Sequence record: PQ133007
Length of the DNA: 44,212 nt
Reading direction: 5' to 3' (one strand)
Source of the DNA: Escherichia phage Henu5_1
Made by a program: the position numbers and the translations under genes. The number at the start of each line of letters is the position of its first letter. The stretch's first letter is position 1. The notes beneath the pieces were generated by a model. That model made no database searches. It worked only from the letters and a program-made list of their open reading frames with translations, and was not told the DNA's origin. Below are positions 1-7,993 of the stretch, piece by piece.

Positions 1-330
1 ATGAATGTAAACGACGCAATCGAAATGTTAACGAAGACTGTTTGCAGTGAGACAAGCCGGTCATGGGCTTATACCGATGCCGTGGGGGCGGTGTTATTTG
101 AAATCGAACGACTGCGCAGTGTCGAAAAAGAATTACGCGCCAGGCTGGAATTGCTCAACGGCACGGCAGCAAGCAAGCTGCAAAAACACAATGAAGAAAT
201 GGAAGAATACAAAAAGCAGGTTATCCGTTTGCGCGCCGAGGGAAAATCCTGGGCGATGATTGCCGAGTTAACCGGAATTAATCAGAGCACAGTGCGCTCC
301 TGGGTACGCAATAATAAAACTTCTAAGTAA
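1..330 (+). CDS. HTH-domain DNA-binding protein (may be 5'-truncated by window edge)
   Basis: ORF begins at base 1; C-terminal helix-turn-helix-like segment SWAMIAELTGINQSTVRSWV; a GAGGG RBS lies at the window 3' end if the genome is circularly permuted. Confidence 0.5.
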   Translation: MNVNDAIEMLTKTVCSETSRSWAYTDAVGAVLFEIERLRSVEKELRARLELLNGTAASKLQKHNEEMEEYKKQVIRLRAEGKSWAMIAELTGINQSTVRSWVRNNKTSK

Positions 331-340
331 GGCCACGGCA

Positions 341-2605
341 ATGAGCTTAATTAAATTCGCTGTAACACGACCCGCTAAAAAAGGCGAAAAAGCCAGGGCG
401 GAAAACTTCCAGATGACTACCGAAGAGTTTTTCGAATTTATCAATGACGCGAAAGAAATCTCCTCGGTGCATATCAACAAAACGGAAGATAAAGCCGAGT
501 ACGCCCGCCGCAAGCGTAAGGCCGATGGCATTGTGGCTTATACCAGTGATGGGCTGCGCCGCAAGACCAGTGCGGTGGACCGTTCGATCCTGTTCTTCGA
601 TATCGACCGTACCGACACCCGCACCCTACGCCGCTGCCGTAAGGCTTTCGTCGATGCGGGGCTGGAGCACGTATTCCATACAACAACCGGCGACCGCCAC
701 CCGCTGAAAGGCGGCACGCGTTGCGCACGTTTCCTTGTGCTCACGGACAAGCCTGTCTCGGCGGAAGACCTGGGCCGTGTCCAGTATGCGCTATTACACC
801 AACTGGGTCTGTCAGATGTGGACTTCGACGATTGCACGAAAGACACAAACCGCCTGATGTACCTGCCACACCAGCAGTCTGTTATTAAGTGCCACTATGG
901 CAAGCGCGCCCGCGTCCGTCGTCTGCTCCGCCTGGCGGATAAGCTGGGCGTGGAGAAAGAGGAAGTCCGCCGCGAGCTTACTCAGGGCGACGACGCAGTG
1001 GCAGACGGCATTCTGGACTGGTGCTTCCAGGCAGGATTCGAGGAGTTATCTTCCGGTCGCGGTTATGAAGTGCCGTGCCCGAACGAACATCTGCACAGCG
1101 GCGAAGGGTCGACGGCTATCATGGTCAAGGATGGCGAGATCCGTTTCAAGTGTATGCACACCGGTAACGAGTGTTGCTCGGAACTGAATAGACACCAGCA
1201 CCTGGCGCTACGTCTTATCGGGATCCCGGACCACCTGAACGTCGAGCCACACAATATGTCCCGTAAGCAAATCGCCGCCATCCTTCCGGGGCTGGACGAC
1301 GAGGAAGTCGAATCCTTATACGAACATATTGTTGATGCGGTTGGCGACGGCGAAGAATACGGCGTGTGCACCGATGCGGATCTGGATAACGAGCCGGTCG
1401 CGCTGTTCAGTAAGCACGACCCGATTATCGAGGGGTTGATTAACTTTAAATCGACCTGGTACATGGCGGGTGAGTCGAATATCGGTAAGTCTTTCTATGT
1501 GCTGGGCCAAATGGGCGCGGTTGCCGCAGGGATCCCGTTCGGCGGTGCGAAGGTCGTCCAGTCTCATTGCTTCTATTTCGACGCGGAAGGTGGTGAAGCC
1601 TCCAACCAGCGTAAGGAAGCATTGCAGATTAAATACGAGCACGACCTGGACAAGCTGCACATTATCGATCTGCAGTCACGCGGCTGGGATATCACCAGCA
1701 AGTCCGGCTTGCGTGAAGTTATCAGCTTTATCAACCGCACCGCTAACGGCGAACCGGTTGGCCTGGTGGCGTTCGACTCACTAAACCAGACTGTTGCGTT
1801 GCGGTCCGCTGATGCTAAACCGTTCGACGAGAACAACGCCAGCGATATGGGTGAAGTGGTCAAAGCGCTGAAGGCCATTGCGGAAAATACAGGAGGCAGT
1901 GCGGGCGTAATTCACCACCCGGCAAAAGGTGCAAACGGCAGCAGAACCCCACGCGGGTCCGGCGCGCTGCATGGTGCTGTCGATTCCGCTTTCTTCCTGG
2001 AACAGCCGGACGACAACCAGCCCGGACAATTGAACCTGTATCATGAGAAGTCCCGTAACGGCATCAAACAAGCGCCGCGCGGCTTCGTCCTGCTCAAGTG
2101 CAAGGTGAAGGTGGATCTCCGCAAGTCAGAAGCGTTCGCGTCGCACCAGTCCACCAGCACCGGGCCGGACTTCGGCGACGTTGTTGCCGGTTGGGACGTC
2201 AAACCAATTGCGTCCACGCCACGCGACGAGACTCTGTACCTCGTACCGGTCGCCCTGGCACCGTTCGCTATAGAACAGGCGAAGGCCGCGGGCAAAGCAG
2301 CAGTTAAGGAAGAGAACACCGCCGGTCCGCGCAACGAAAAAGAGAAAGTGCTTTATGCGGCCCTGGAAAAACTGATGGAAGATAACCCGAACCATACCGG
2401 CTTCAGTAAATCGGCAATTGTCCGCCAGGCTGGACTCGCGAAGGGTGGCACTTCGACGAAGGCAATCGACGATATGGTGGACCGCGGCGTGATTGGTTTC
2501 TATACAGATCCGCACACCGGGGCCATCTATGGGTCGTCGAATTTAGTCATCAAATCGGATATTCCCATAACGCTTTCGGCGACCGATGACGATCTAAAAG
2601 ATTAA
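341..2605 (+). CDS. DNA primase/helicase (primase-polymerase-like N-terminus plus RecA-like P-loop ATPase)
   Basis: 754 aa ORF; P-loop GESNIGKS in C-terminal half; size and layout typical of phage primase-helicase fusions. Confidence 0.65.
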   Translation: MSLIKFAVTRPAKKGEKARAENFQMTTEEFFEFINDAKEISSVHINKTEDKAEYARRKRKADGIVAYTSDGLRRKTSAVDRSILFFDIDRTDTRTLRRCRKAFVDAGLEHVFHTTTGDRHPLKGGTRCARFLVLTDKPVSAEDLGRVQYALLHQLGLSDVDFDDCTKDTNRLMYLPHQQSVIKCHYGKRARVRRLLRLADKLGVEKEEVRRELTQGDDAVADGILDWCFQAGFEELSSGRGYEVPCPNEHLHSGEGSTAIMVKDGEIRFKCMHTGNECCSELNRHQHLALRLIGIPDHLNVEPHNMSRKQIAAILPGLDDEEVESLYEHIVDAVGDGEEYGVCTDADLDNEPVALFSKHDPIIEGLINFKSTWYMAGESNIGKSFYVLGQMGAVAAGIPFGGAKVVQSHCFYFDAEGGEASNQRKEALQIKYEHDLDKLHIIDLQSRGWDITSKSGLREVISFINRTANGEPVGLVAFDSLNQTVALRSADAKPFDENNASDMGEVVKALKAIAENTGGSAGVIHHPAKGANGSRTPRGSGALHGAVDSAFFLEQPDDNQPGQLNLYHEKSRNGIKQAPRGFVLLKCKVKVDLRKSEAFASHQSTSTGPDFGDVVAGWDVKPIASTPRDETLYLVPVALAPFAIEQAKAAGKAAVKEENTAGPRNEKEKVLYAALEKLMEDNPNHTGFSKSAIVRQAGLAKGGTSTKAIDDMVDRGVIGFYTDPHTGAIYGSSNLVIKSDIPITLSATDDDLKD

Positions 2606-2664
2606 ATTTTGCGCGCATTGGTTGCCATTTTGTGTGCTTTTAGCTGGTCGCATTGGTTGCCGTG

Positions 2665-2870
2665 TAGTGTGAATATAATGCATAGTTATGCAATAAAACT
2701 GCATAAAGTAAGCGGGACAAAAAGCGGGACAAACCATGGGCGGGACAAAGCGGGACGGCACCCCTGTCCCGCCCGGATGACGCGGCCTGGCGAGGAGCGG
2801 GACAGGCGGGACAACTCCCAGTCTTTCAGACTAGACGGGGGTCAACGGCCCCCCTCGTCTGAGACTGCAT
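2665..2870. repeat. Iteron array: 7 copies of GCGGGACA/TGTCCCGC plus conserved hairpin (copy 1 of duplicated module)
   Basis: GCGGGACA at about 2712, 2724, 2740, 2750, 2797, 2806 and inverted TGTCCCGC at 2765; about 80 percent identical to 19495-19690. Confidence 0.7.
2819..2867. promoter_or_regulatory. Conserved 49-nt imperfect palindrome / stem-loop (copy 1)
   Basis: cagtct...agacggggg-loop-cccccctcgtct...agactg; outer and inner stems complementary; no adjacent T-run so not a canonical intrinsic terminator. Confidence 0.5.
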
Positions 2871-3026
2871 AAAATCCGGGATTGCAAAATACACGGCAGC
2901 ATGTCGCGGATTGCGGTCGTCGCTGAACTAGGCAACCAATGCGAGATGCAGAAAGCGGTGTGGAAAATGCAGTTTGCAGTTGCAACGGATAGCGATCGAC
3001 TTTTTCATGCGCATGATTAATATTGG

Positions 3027-3055
3027 TTGCATTCGTGCCAGCACCCTGCTAGATT
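3027..3055 (+). promoter_or_regulatory. Putative sigma70-like promoter (TTGCAT-17-TAGATT) overlapping two ATTGGTTGCA motifs
   Basis: -35 TTGCAT lies inside ATTGGTTGCAT; second motif copy overlaps -10/+1; about 25 nt upstream of GGAGG RBS of ORF 3083. Confidence 0.4.
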
Positions 3056-3082
3056 GGTTGCACACCAACAGGAGGGCGGAAC

Positions 3083-3262
3083 ATGAAAACCGAAATGGTT
3101 GATAAGCACGAAATCAAGATCGGCGATACGGTAGTCCACAACGGGGAGCTTCGCACTGTGTGCAGGCGAGCGTTTAGCATCGATGAATTTATGGGCCTGC
3201 TACTTTGGGGCGACAGCTATCGTTTAGGGCATAAACTGGTTGAGAGGGTTACGGAACTATGA
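3083..3262 (+). CDS. Small hypothetical protein (59 aa, below ORF-track threshold)
   Basis: ATG at 3083 preceded by GGAGG RBS; hand-translated MKTEMVDKHEIKIGDTVVHNGELRTV...; stop overlaps next start (ATGA at 3259). Confidence 0.5.
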   Translation: MKTEMVDKHEIKIGDTVVHNGELRTVCRRAFSIDEFMGLLLWGDSYRLGHKLVERVTEL

Positions 3263-3450
3263 AAGCAATTATCTGGAATTACGCAATGGCTATGGCGGAG
3301 ATCCAGCCGTTGGCGAACGCTATCCAGGACTACGCGCTTGCATTTGCCCGTGAACGCCTGGCGTATCGCTTCGGAATCGGCGAGACGGCAGTGACAAACG
3401 TTGCCCGGATTAAAGCCCAGCGTGAGCTATTCGCCCAGCTTGCGAAATAA
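3259..3450 (+). CDS. Hypothetical early protein
   Basis: 63 aa track ORF; start overlaps upstream stop (ATGA). Confidence 0.55.
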   Translation: MKAIIWNYAMAMAEIQPLANAIQDYALAFARERLAYRFGIGETAVTNVARIKAQRELFAQLAK

Positions 3451-3459
3451 GAGGCCAAA

Positions 3460-3729
3460 ATGACCCGTAGACGCGCAAAACAGCTTTCGTGGCATATCCC
3501 CCTGCATTGCATACGAATATGGGCTAAGAATGCGAATGCGGGGGACTCTGTGTACTGGTGCTATCGCGACGACGTTAAGCCGTTGACGCAGACTCGCTAC
3601 TTGCACCAGTTCGCCGCGCAACATGATTTCTATGTGCGGACCTCCTTGCAACCAATGGGGATCCGTATTACATTACGCCGGAAGCCCGCAGTCGAGCGGG
3701 TAGGCAAACACTGGAGACTGAGCAAATGA
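3460..3729 (+). CDS. Hypothetical early protein
   Basis: 89 aa track ORF; AAGAGG RBS upstream of ATG 3460. Confidence 0.6.
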   Translation: MTRRRAKQLSWHIPLHCIRIWAKNANAGDSVYWCYRDDVKPLTQTRYLHQFAAQHDFYVRTSLQPMGIRITLRRKPAVERVGKHWRLSK

Positions 3730-3869
3730 CACCAGCACTAATGGCGGGATTCTCGCAGAAGTTTATTTCTGTTGATGCCTGCATAGCAGATTATGAGATG
3801 GACGGCATCGCTACTGTGTGCGATGGCGACACGAAAACTGCCGACGAGATTGAGGAGACAGAACAATGA
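3726..3869 (+). CDS. Small hypothetical acidic protein (47 aa, below threshold)
   Basis: ATG 3726 overlaps upstream stop and its own stop overlaps ATG 3866 (ATGA at both ends); hand-translated MTPALMAGFSQKFISVDACIADYEMDG... Confidence 0.45.
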   Translation: MTPALMAGFSQKFISVDACIADYEMDGIATVCDGDTKTADEIEETEQ

Positions 3870-4483
3870 AATTACTATTCCGCCGCAAGCATGATGGTCG
3901 CATCCTGAAGCCGATCCAGACCCTGGATTCCTACGTCCGCTTACAAAACGCGGCAGGCAATCGGGTGTGGCGGGCGCCGAAACACACGCTGCCGCAGTTC
4001 TTCGACGTACTCACTCACGATATCGAGCGCGGCGATGTGCTGCGTGATATTCGCGACGGCAGTATGTGGGTCGTCGAGTATGTCGGGCTTCATGGCCTGC
4101 GTATGCAAAACCGCAAGGATGGCGTCGCCGGTATGACTTACTTCGGCCTCGTAAATTACGAGCGAGTGGGTCGCAAATACAGCCTTCGTGACCGCCAGCC
4201 GCACGAGCGCGCGAACGTCATAGCGGATGCCGTTAACCGCGTAACGCATGATGTGGCGCAAAAGACGCGTGTGGAGTTCCGCAAGTCACAGCCAGCCTAT
4301 GCAACCTACGACGCGAGCAAAGTGATGGATCCGATACGCCAGGCGACGCATGCGATTATTAATCGCTTTGATGCCGTGACGAATGCACAGCGCCATGCGC
4401 AGGAATACGGTTTTGGATTCATCCGGGTGGAACGAGACGGCAGCATGAAAGCCATCGACCCGCGCTCGGTGATTCTGAAATGA
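3866..4483 (+). CDS. Hypothetical protein
   Basis: 205 aa track ORF, translationally coupled to neighbours. Confidence 0.65.
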   Translation: MKLLFRRKHDGRILKPIQTLDSYVRLQNAAGNRVWRAPKHTLPQFFDVLTHDIERGDVLRDIRDGSMWVVEYVGLHGLRMQNRKDGVAGMTYFGLVNYERVGRKYSLRDRQPHERANVIADAVNRVTHDVAQKTRVEFRKSQPAYATYDASKVMDPIRQATHAIINRFDAVTNAQRHAQEYGFGFIRVERDGSMKAIDPRSVILK

Positions 4484-4626
4484 GTGCGACGATCCGTGAT
4501 ATGCTTCAGCACAACCGCTTTGAGATAGGCGGTCGGGTATTTCGCAATTACTTCGTGGCGCGTGCATGGGCGCGCCATATTGGCAAACCGGAAGGGGCAA
4601 TTCGATGCTATACGTCTTCGCGGTAG
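4480..4626 (+). CDS. Small hypothetical protein (48 aa, below threshold)
   Basis: ATG 4480 overlaps stop of upstream gene (ATGA); hand-translated MSATIRDMLQHNRFEIGGRVFRNYFVARAW... Confidence 0.45.
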   Translation: MSATIRDMLQHNRFEIGGRVFRNYFVARAWARHIGKPEGAIRCYTSSR

Positions 4627-4706
4627 TATGTGGCGGTAGTCTGGCGGCCCTGGTGCTGTTGGCGTCGGTTATTAGTCTGGTTAAATACCTATGGGGCAGA
4701 TTATGA
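4605..4706 (+). CDS. Putative 33-aa hydrophobic membrane peptide
   Basis: ATG 4605 preceded by GAAGGGG RBS; hand-translated MLYVFAVVCGGSLAALVLLASVISLVKYLWGRL; stop overlaps ATG 4703. Confidence 0.35.
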   Translation: MLYVFAVVCGGSLAALVLLASVISLVKYLWGRL

Positions 4707-4990
4707 TTCATGATGTGATTTATTGGTTTGGTTTGATCTGGGGACTGTGCCTGCTTACTGTGGTGCTGTTGTGCCTCCTGATGTTCGTCGTATGGCCCGC
4801 CGTGGAAGCCGCCAGCATTACCCGCATGACGTTCGAAATATACAAGCGCCGTGGAATCACGGAGCACCCGACCAGGTTGCGCATGTGGTGGCTGTGGTAT
4901 CGGGATATGATAGGCGGGCGAACATTCGAAGCCGTCCGATCATCCGGGTGGGAGTGGAAAGGCGTCGGCAAGTGGTCCGTTTTCGATTAA
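4703..4990 (+). CDS. Membrane protein (single predicted TM helix)
   Basis: Track ORF 4691-4990; ATG 4703 preferred because it overlaps upstream stop (ATGA); hydrophobic N-terminal segment. Confidence 0.5.
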   Translation: MIHDVIYWFGLIWGLCLLTVVLLCLLMFVVWPAVEAASITRMTFEIYKRRGITEHPTRLRMWWLWYRDMIGGRTFEAVRSSGWEWKGVGKWSVFD

Positions 4991-5008
4991 TTATGCAAGC
5001 GTGATATA

Positions 5009-5042
5009 GTCCCAGTGAGCTAAAACTTACTGGGACTTTTTT
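5009..5042 (+). terminator. Rho-independent terminator
   Basis: 9-bp stem AGTCCCAGT/ACTGGGACT followed by TTTTTT, directly after stop at 4990. Confidence 0.6.
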
Positions 5043-5333
5043 ATGGATAAGCTAAACGAGTGGCTATTCGCCCTGGCATGTCTGGCGGGTGGCTTCGTAG
5101 GCGCACGCATTCATGGTGAGGCTACGAAGGGGCCGCTAAACTTCGTTTTGTATGTGGTAGTCGGCTTCCTGTGTGCCATATTTGGCGCACCGGCTATTGC
5201 CGAGTGGGCTGGTTTGTCGGGTGAGCGCACTGTCGCCGGTTTGGGCTTCGTAACCGCAATCTTCTGGATGCCAATCGCCGACCGGATCAGGGAGACTATT
5301 GCGTCGTTCCGACTTCCGGGGGGTGCAAAATGA
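5043..5333 (+). CDS. Holin-like membrane protein
   Basis: 96 aa with 2-3 hydrophobic helices, immediately upstream of lysozyme gene. Confidence 0.5.
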   Translation: MDKLNEWLFALACLAGGFVGARIHGEATKGPLNFVLYVVVGFLCAIFGAPAIAEWAGLSGERTVAGLGFVTAIFWMPIADRIRETIASFRLPGGAK

Positions 5334-5575
5334 TTATCTCCGTCCTGTTGTTTGTTATCATCGGGGCTTCGTCCCTGTTTAACGTGTATGCGCCGTCCGT
5401 CCAGGATGGCATTTTCGGTCGGGTGCTGTATCTGCTAACGGCAATGATCTGTATTATCGGACTGTTGCAAACAGGAGACGTATCTGATACCACCTGGACC
5501 GCGTTAATCTGGCTGTTTGCATTGCGCACCCTGCGTAATGCTGTTTTGAATGGGGTAAAACATGCGATTCAGTGA
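5330..5575 (+). CDS. Small membrane protein (holin/antiholin candidate)
   Basis: 81 aa, 2-3 hydrophobic segments, GGGGGG RBS, overlaps neighbours at both ends. Confidence 0.45.
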   Translation: MIISVLLFVIIGASSLFNVYAPSVQDGIFGRVLYLLTAMICIIGLLQTGDVSDTTWTALIWLFALRTLRNAVLNGVKHAIQ

Positions 5576-6053
5576 CAACGGTCTAAGATTCACGGCAGCA
5601 TGGGAGGCTTTCAGCCCGGTGCCGTATTTCGCGACCAAGAAAGAGCAGGCCCGCGGCCTGTACACCTGGGGTTATGGTCATACAGGCACTAATCCGCCTC
5701 GAAGCATTACCCGCGAGGAGGCGCTGGCACTGCTCAAGCGCGATGTGGCGTATGCCGAGGACTGGGTTAGCAAATACGCACATCCGAGCATTAACCAGGC
5801 GCAATTCGACGCGCTGGTGGATCTGGTAATCAACGCCGGTCCTGGTCCGATCGTACCTGATGACGTCGCGAATGATTTCGATGACGCTGTGCGGTTGGGC
5901 GACTGGGCGAAGGTCCGTGCTACGCTGCCGCTGTTCCGCAAGCAAGGCGGGGAAGTGCTTAAGGGTCTGGTACGCCGTGCAATCGGCAGACAGGCGTTGT
6001 TTGATGGTAAGCAGTGGGACGTTGCCGAGCGAATCGGTCGTAACGCAGCATAA
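5562..6053 (+). CDS. Endolysin (phage lysozyme, GH24-like)
   Basis: 163 aa; N-terminal region with E...GYGHT lysozyme-like motif; position after holin candidates. Confidence 0.7.
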   Translation: MRFSDNGLRFTAAWEAFSPVPYFATKKEQARGLYTWGYGHTGTNPPRSITREEALALLKRDVAYAEDWVSKYAHPSINQAQFDALVDLVINAGPGPIVPDDVANDFDDAVRLGDWAKVRATLPLFRKQGGEVLKGLVRRAIGRQALFDGKQWDVAERIGRNAA

Positions 6054-6069
6054 TACGAGGGGACACGAT

Positions 6070-6483
6070 ATGTTGAAAAGTATTCTTGATCATAATGCGG
6101 ACGCGCTTGCCGCACTGGCTAAAACCGAAGATCCTGACGCACGCGCTATCATCGCGGACACTATCAGCCACGCGGGGGTCTTCAATGCGAAGTTACCCAG
6201 CCCGCCGGAAAGTAAGCCGGTGGCAAGTGCGACCATAACCATCACCCCAGTGTCCGCCGCAGTTGGCGCGAAGGCCGCCGCTTCAGTTGCCGTCCTGCCA
6301 TCCGACGCAACTAACAAGGCCGGGGCGTGGGTGTCTGCAAACCCAGACTGTGCGGCAATCAATCAGGCTACCGGCGAAATCACAGCAAAATCGGAGGGTA
6401 GCGTCCACATCTTCTGGGTGGCATCCGATGGAGGCGGGGCGATGGCGTCCGCCATCTTCACCGTAACGGGAGCCGCAGAATAA
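6070..6483 (+). CDS. Ig-like (Big_2-type) domain protein
   Basis: In-frame ATG 6070 with GAGGGG RBS inside track ORF 5860-6483; C-terminal beta-rich segment resembles bacterial Ig-like domain. Confidence 0.5.
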   Translation: MLKSILDHNADALAALAKTEDPDARAIIADTISHAGVFNAKLPSPPESKPVASATITITPVSAAVGAKAAASVAVLPSDATNKAGAWVSANPDCAAINQATGEITAKSEGSVHIFWVASDGGGAMASAIFTVTGAAE

Positions 6484-6492
6484 AACCCAGCA

Positions 6493-6517
6493 AGCCCGGT
6501 TAATTCCGGGCTTTTTA
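6493..6517 (+). terminator. Rho-independent terminator
   Basis: AGCCCGG-TTAATT-CCGGGCT followed by TTTTT. Confidence 0.6.
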
Positions 6518-6521
6518 TTGC

Positions 6522-6552
6522 TTGACTTGCAACCAACATAGACGCCATACTG
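6522..6552 (+). promoter_or_regulatory. Putative promoter (TTGACT -35) with TGCAACCAAC motif in spacer
   Basis: TTGACT at 6522-6527; weak -10 CATACT; motif copies at 6527-6537 and about 6553-6561. Confidence 0.35.
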
Positions 6553-6580
6553 CGACCAATCAACGAGAGGAGTAATAAAG

Positions 6581-6661
6581 ATGGCACGTAAAGATATTTG
6601 GGTATTAGCGATCTGGACCACCGCGGCTTTTATCGGCATGGTTATTTGCGAATTGATATAG
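6581..6661 (+). CDS. Possible 26-aa hydrophobic peptide
   Basis: ATG 6581 with GAGAGGAG RBS; hand-translated MARKDIWVLAIWTTAAFIGMVICELI; very short, low confidence. Confidence 0.25.
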   Translation: MARKDIWVLAIWTTAAFIGMVICELI

Positions 6662-6674
6662 CCCGCCGCCATAC

Positions 6675-6700
6675 GGACCGTGGTATATTGTCCACGGTCC
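6675..6700. promoter_or_regulatory. Perfect 9-bp inverted repeat GGACCGTGG-N8-CCACGGTCC (operator-like)
   Basis: Palindrome with TATATT in the 8-nt spacer, 23 nt upstream of HTH-phosphoesterase gene start. Confidence 0.4.
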
Positions 6701-6722
6701 ACTAATCAGGAATTAATTAAAT

Positions 6723-7865
6723 ATGCACCCGCAAACTAAAATTACCGATGAGCAATTGATCGCAGAAATTCAGGCAGGGACTACGGTTAAAGAGATTGCG
6801 AAGAAATACGGGATTGCCCTGCGCAATGTCTATATGCGGAAAGCCCGCCTATCGAAAAAAGGAATTGGGCACGGCAACGATGCCGTAATCCGCAAGCGCG
6901 TTGCCGATGGCTTCGGCGTTAAGCGCGTATCGGCCCTGGTGCGCGGCAATGGCGAAGAGGTCATGTCGTGGGTCATCACTGAGCAGGACAAGGAGCGCCA
7001 ACTCGAAGCTATGCGCGCTGTTGTCGATGGCATGAACAGCGAAATCACACCGGCAGCGCCAGTAAAAGCCCCGCCAGTCCCGATCCAGGCGCTCGACTTG
7101 CTAAACCTGTACACCGTGTCAGACTTCCACCTGGGCATGTTGGCATGGGGCGAGGAGACTGGAGAAGACTGGGATATGGCGATCGCCGAAGACCTGTTCT
7201 ACCGCTGGTTTGTCGAAGCCTTCGCCCGCGCACCGGACGCAGGCACTGCCGTGATCAATATCCTCGGCGATATGGCGCACTTTGATAGCCTTGATGCCGT
7301 CACCCCCGCCAGCGGGCACGTACTGGATGCCGACACTCGATACCAGAAGTTGGTCCGCTATATGATACGCATGGTGCGCAACGTCGTAGACCTGGCGCTG
7401 CAAAAACACCATAAAGTCAAACTGCTAATCGTCCAGGGTAATCATGACGAGTCGGGCATGATTTGGCTTGCTGAGATGTTCAACACGCTGTACGAGAACG
7501 AGCCGCGCGTCGATGTGGATACGTCCCCGGACGTCTACAAAATGGTGCAGCACGGTAAGACCACGCTGTTTTTCCACCACGGGCACAAAGCGCGATTCGA
7601 TGCTATCGAGCAGGTTATGATCGCTAAATTCAGACAGGCGTTCGGGTCGAGCGAATACAGCTACGCGCACGTAGGTCATTTGCACCACCAGAAGATTGTC
7701 GAGTCTCGCAACATGATTGTTGAACAGCACCGGACGCTCGCAGCGAAAGACGCCTACGCCAGCCGCGGCGGCTGGATGAGCGGTCGCAGTGCCAACGTCA
7801 TTACCTACAGCGCCAACTACGGCGAAGTAGCGCGCTTAACCATTAGCCCGGAAATGTTGAAGTAA
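6723..7865 (+). CDS. HTH domain fused to calcineurin-like metallophosphoesterase
   Basis: N-terminal HTH-like TVKEIAKKYGIALRNVYMRKARL; phosphoesterase motifs DFH, GDMAHFD, GNHDE, HHGH, GHLHH. Confidence 0.6.
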   Translation: MHPQTKITDEQLIAEIQAGTTVKEIAKKYGIALRNVYMRKARLSKKGIGHGNDAVIRKRVADGFGVKRVSALVRGNGEEVMSWVITEQDKERQLEAMRAVVDGMNSEITPAAPVKAPPVPIQALDLLNLYTVSDFHLGMLAWGEETGEDWDMAIAEDLFYRWFVEAFARAPDAGTAVINILGDMAHFDSLDAVTPASGHVLDADTRYQKLVRYMIRMVRNVVDLALQKHHKVKLLIVQGNHDESGMIWLAEMFNTLYENEPRVDVDTSPDVYKMVQHGKTTLFFHHGHKARFDAIEQVMIAKFRQAFGSSEYSYAHVGHLHHQKIVESRNMIVEQHRTLAAKDAYASRGGWMSGRSANVITYSANYGEVARLTISPEMLK

Positions 7866-7870
7866 CGGCA

Positions 7871-7911
7871 ATAAGTAAGCCCCAGCCTGCCGATTTGGTG
7901 GGCTTTTTTGT
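7871..7911 (+). terminator. Possible weak terminator
   Basis: Short GC stem with large loop followed by TTTTTT. Confidence 0.35.
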
Positions 7912-7993
7912 GCCTGTTATAATCCACCTTAGATGGCAGGGCCGTCTCTTATGTTGCCGATGGTCGGCGCATATGAACAAAAGGGCTTATATC

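Noticed and set aside
2700-2815. Possibility that the short direct repeats are a CRISPR array
   Set aside because: Repeat unit is only 8 bp with irregular 2-8 bp spacing and mixed orientation, with no uniform spacers or cas genes; consistent with iterons, not CRISPR.
2609-2872. Track ORF (87 aa, plus strand) spanning the GGGACA repeat region
   Set aside because: Reading frame is created by the repeat array itself (repetitive R/D/G-rich translation), has no RBS, and overlaps conserved non-coding hairpins; treated as non-coding regulatory DNA.
5860-6483. Track ORF start at 5860 overlapping the lysozyme gene by about 190 nt
   Set aside because: The upstream part is out of frame within the endolysin CDS; an in-frame ATG at 6070 with GAGGGG RBS just after the lysozyme stop is a more plausible start.
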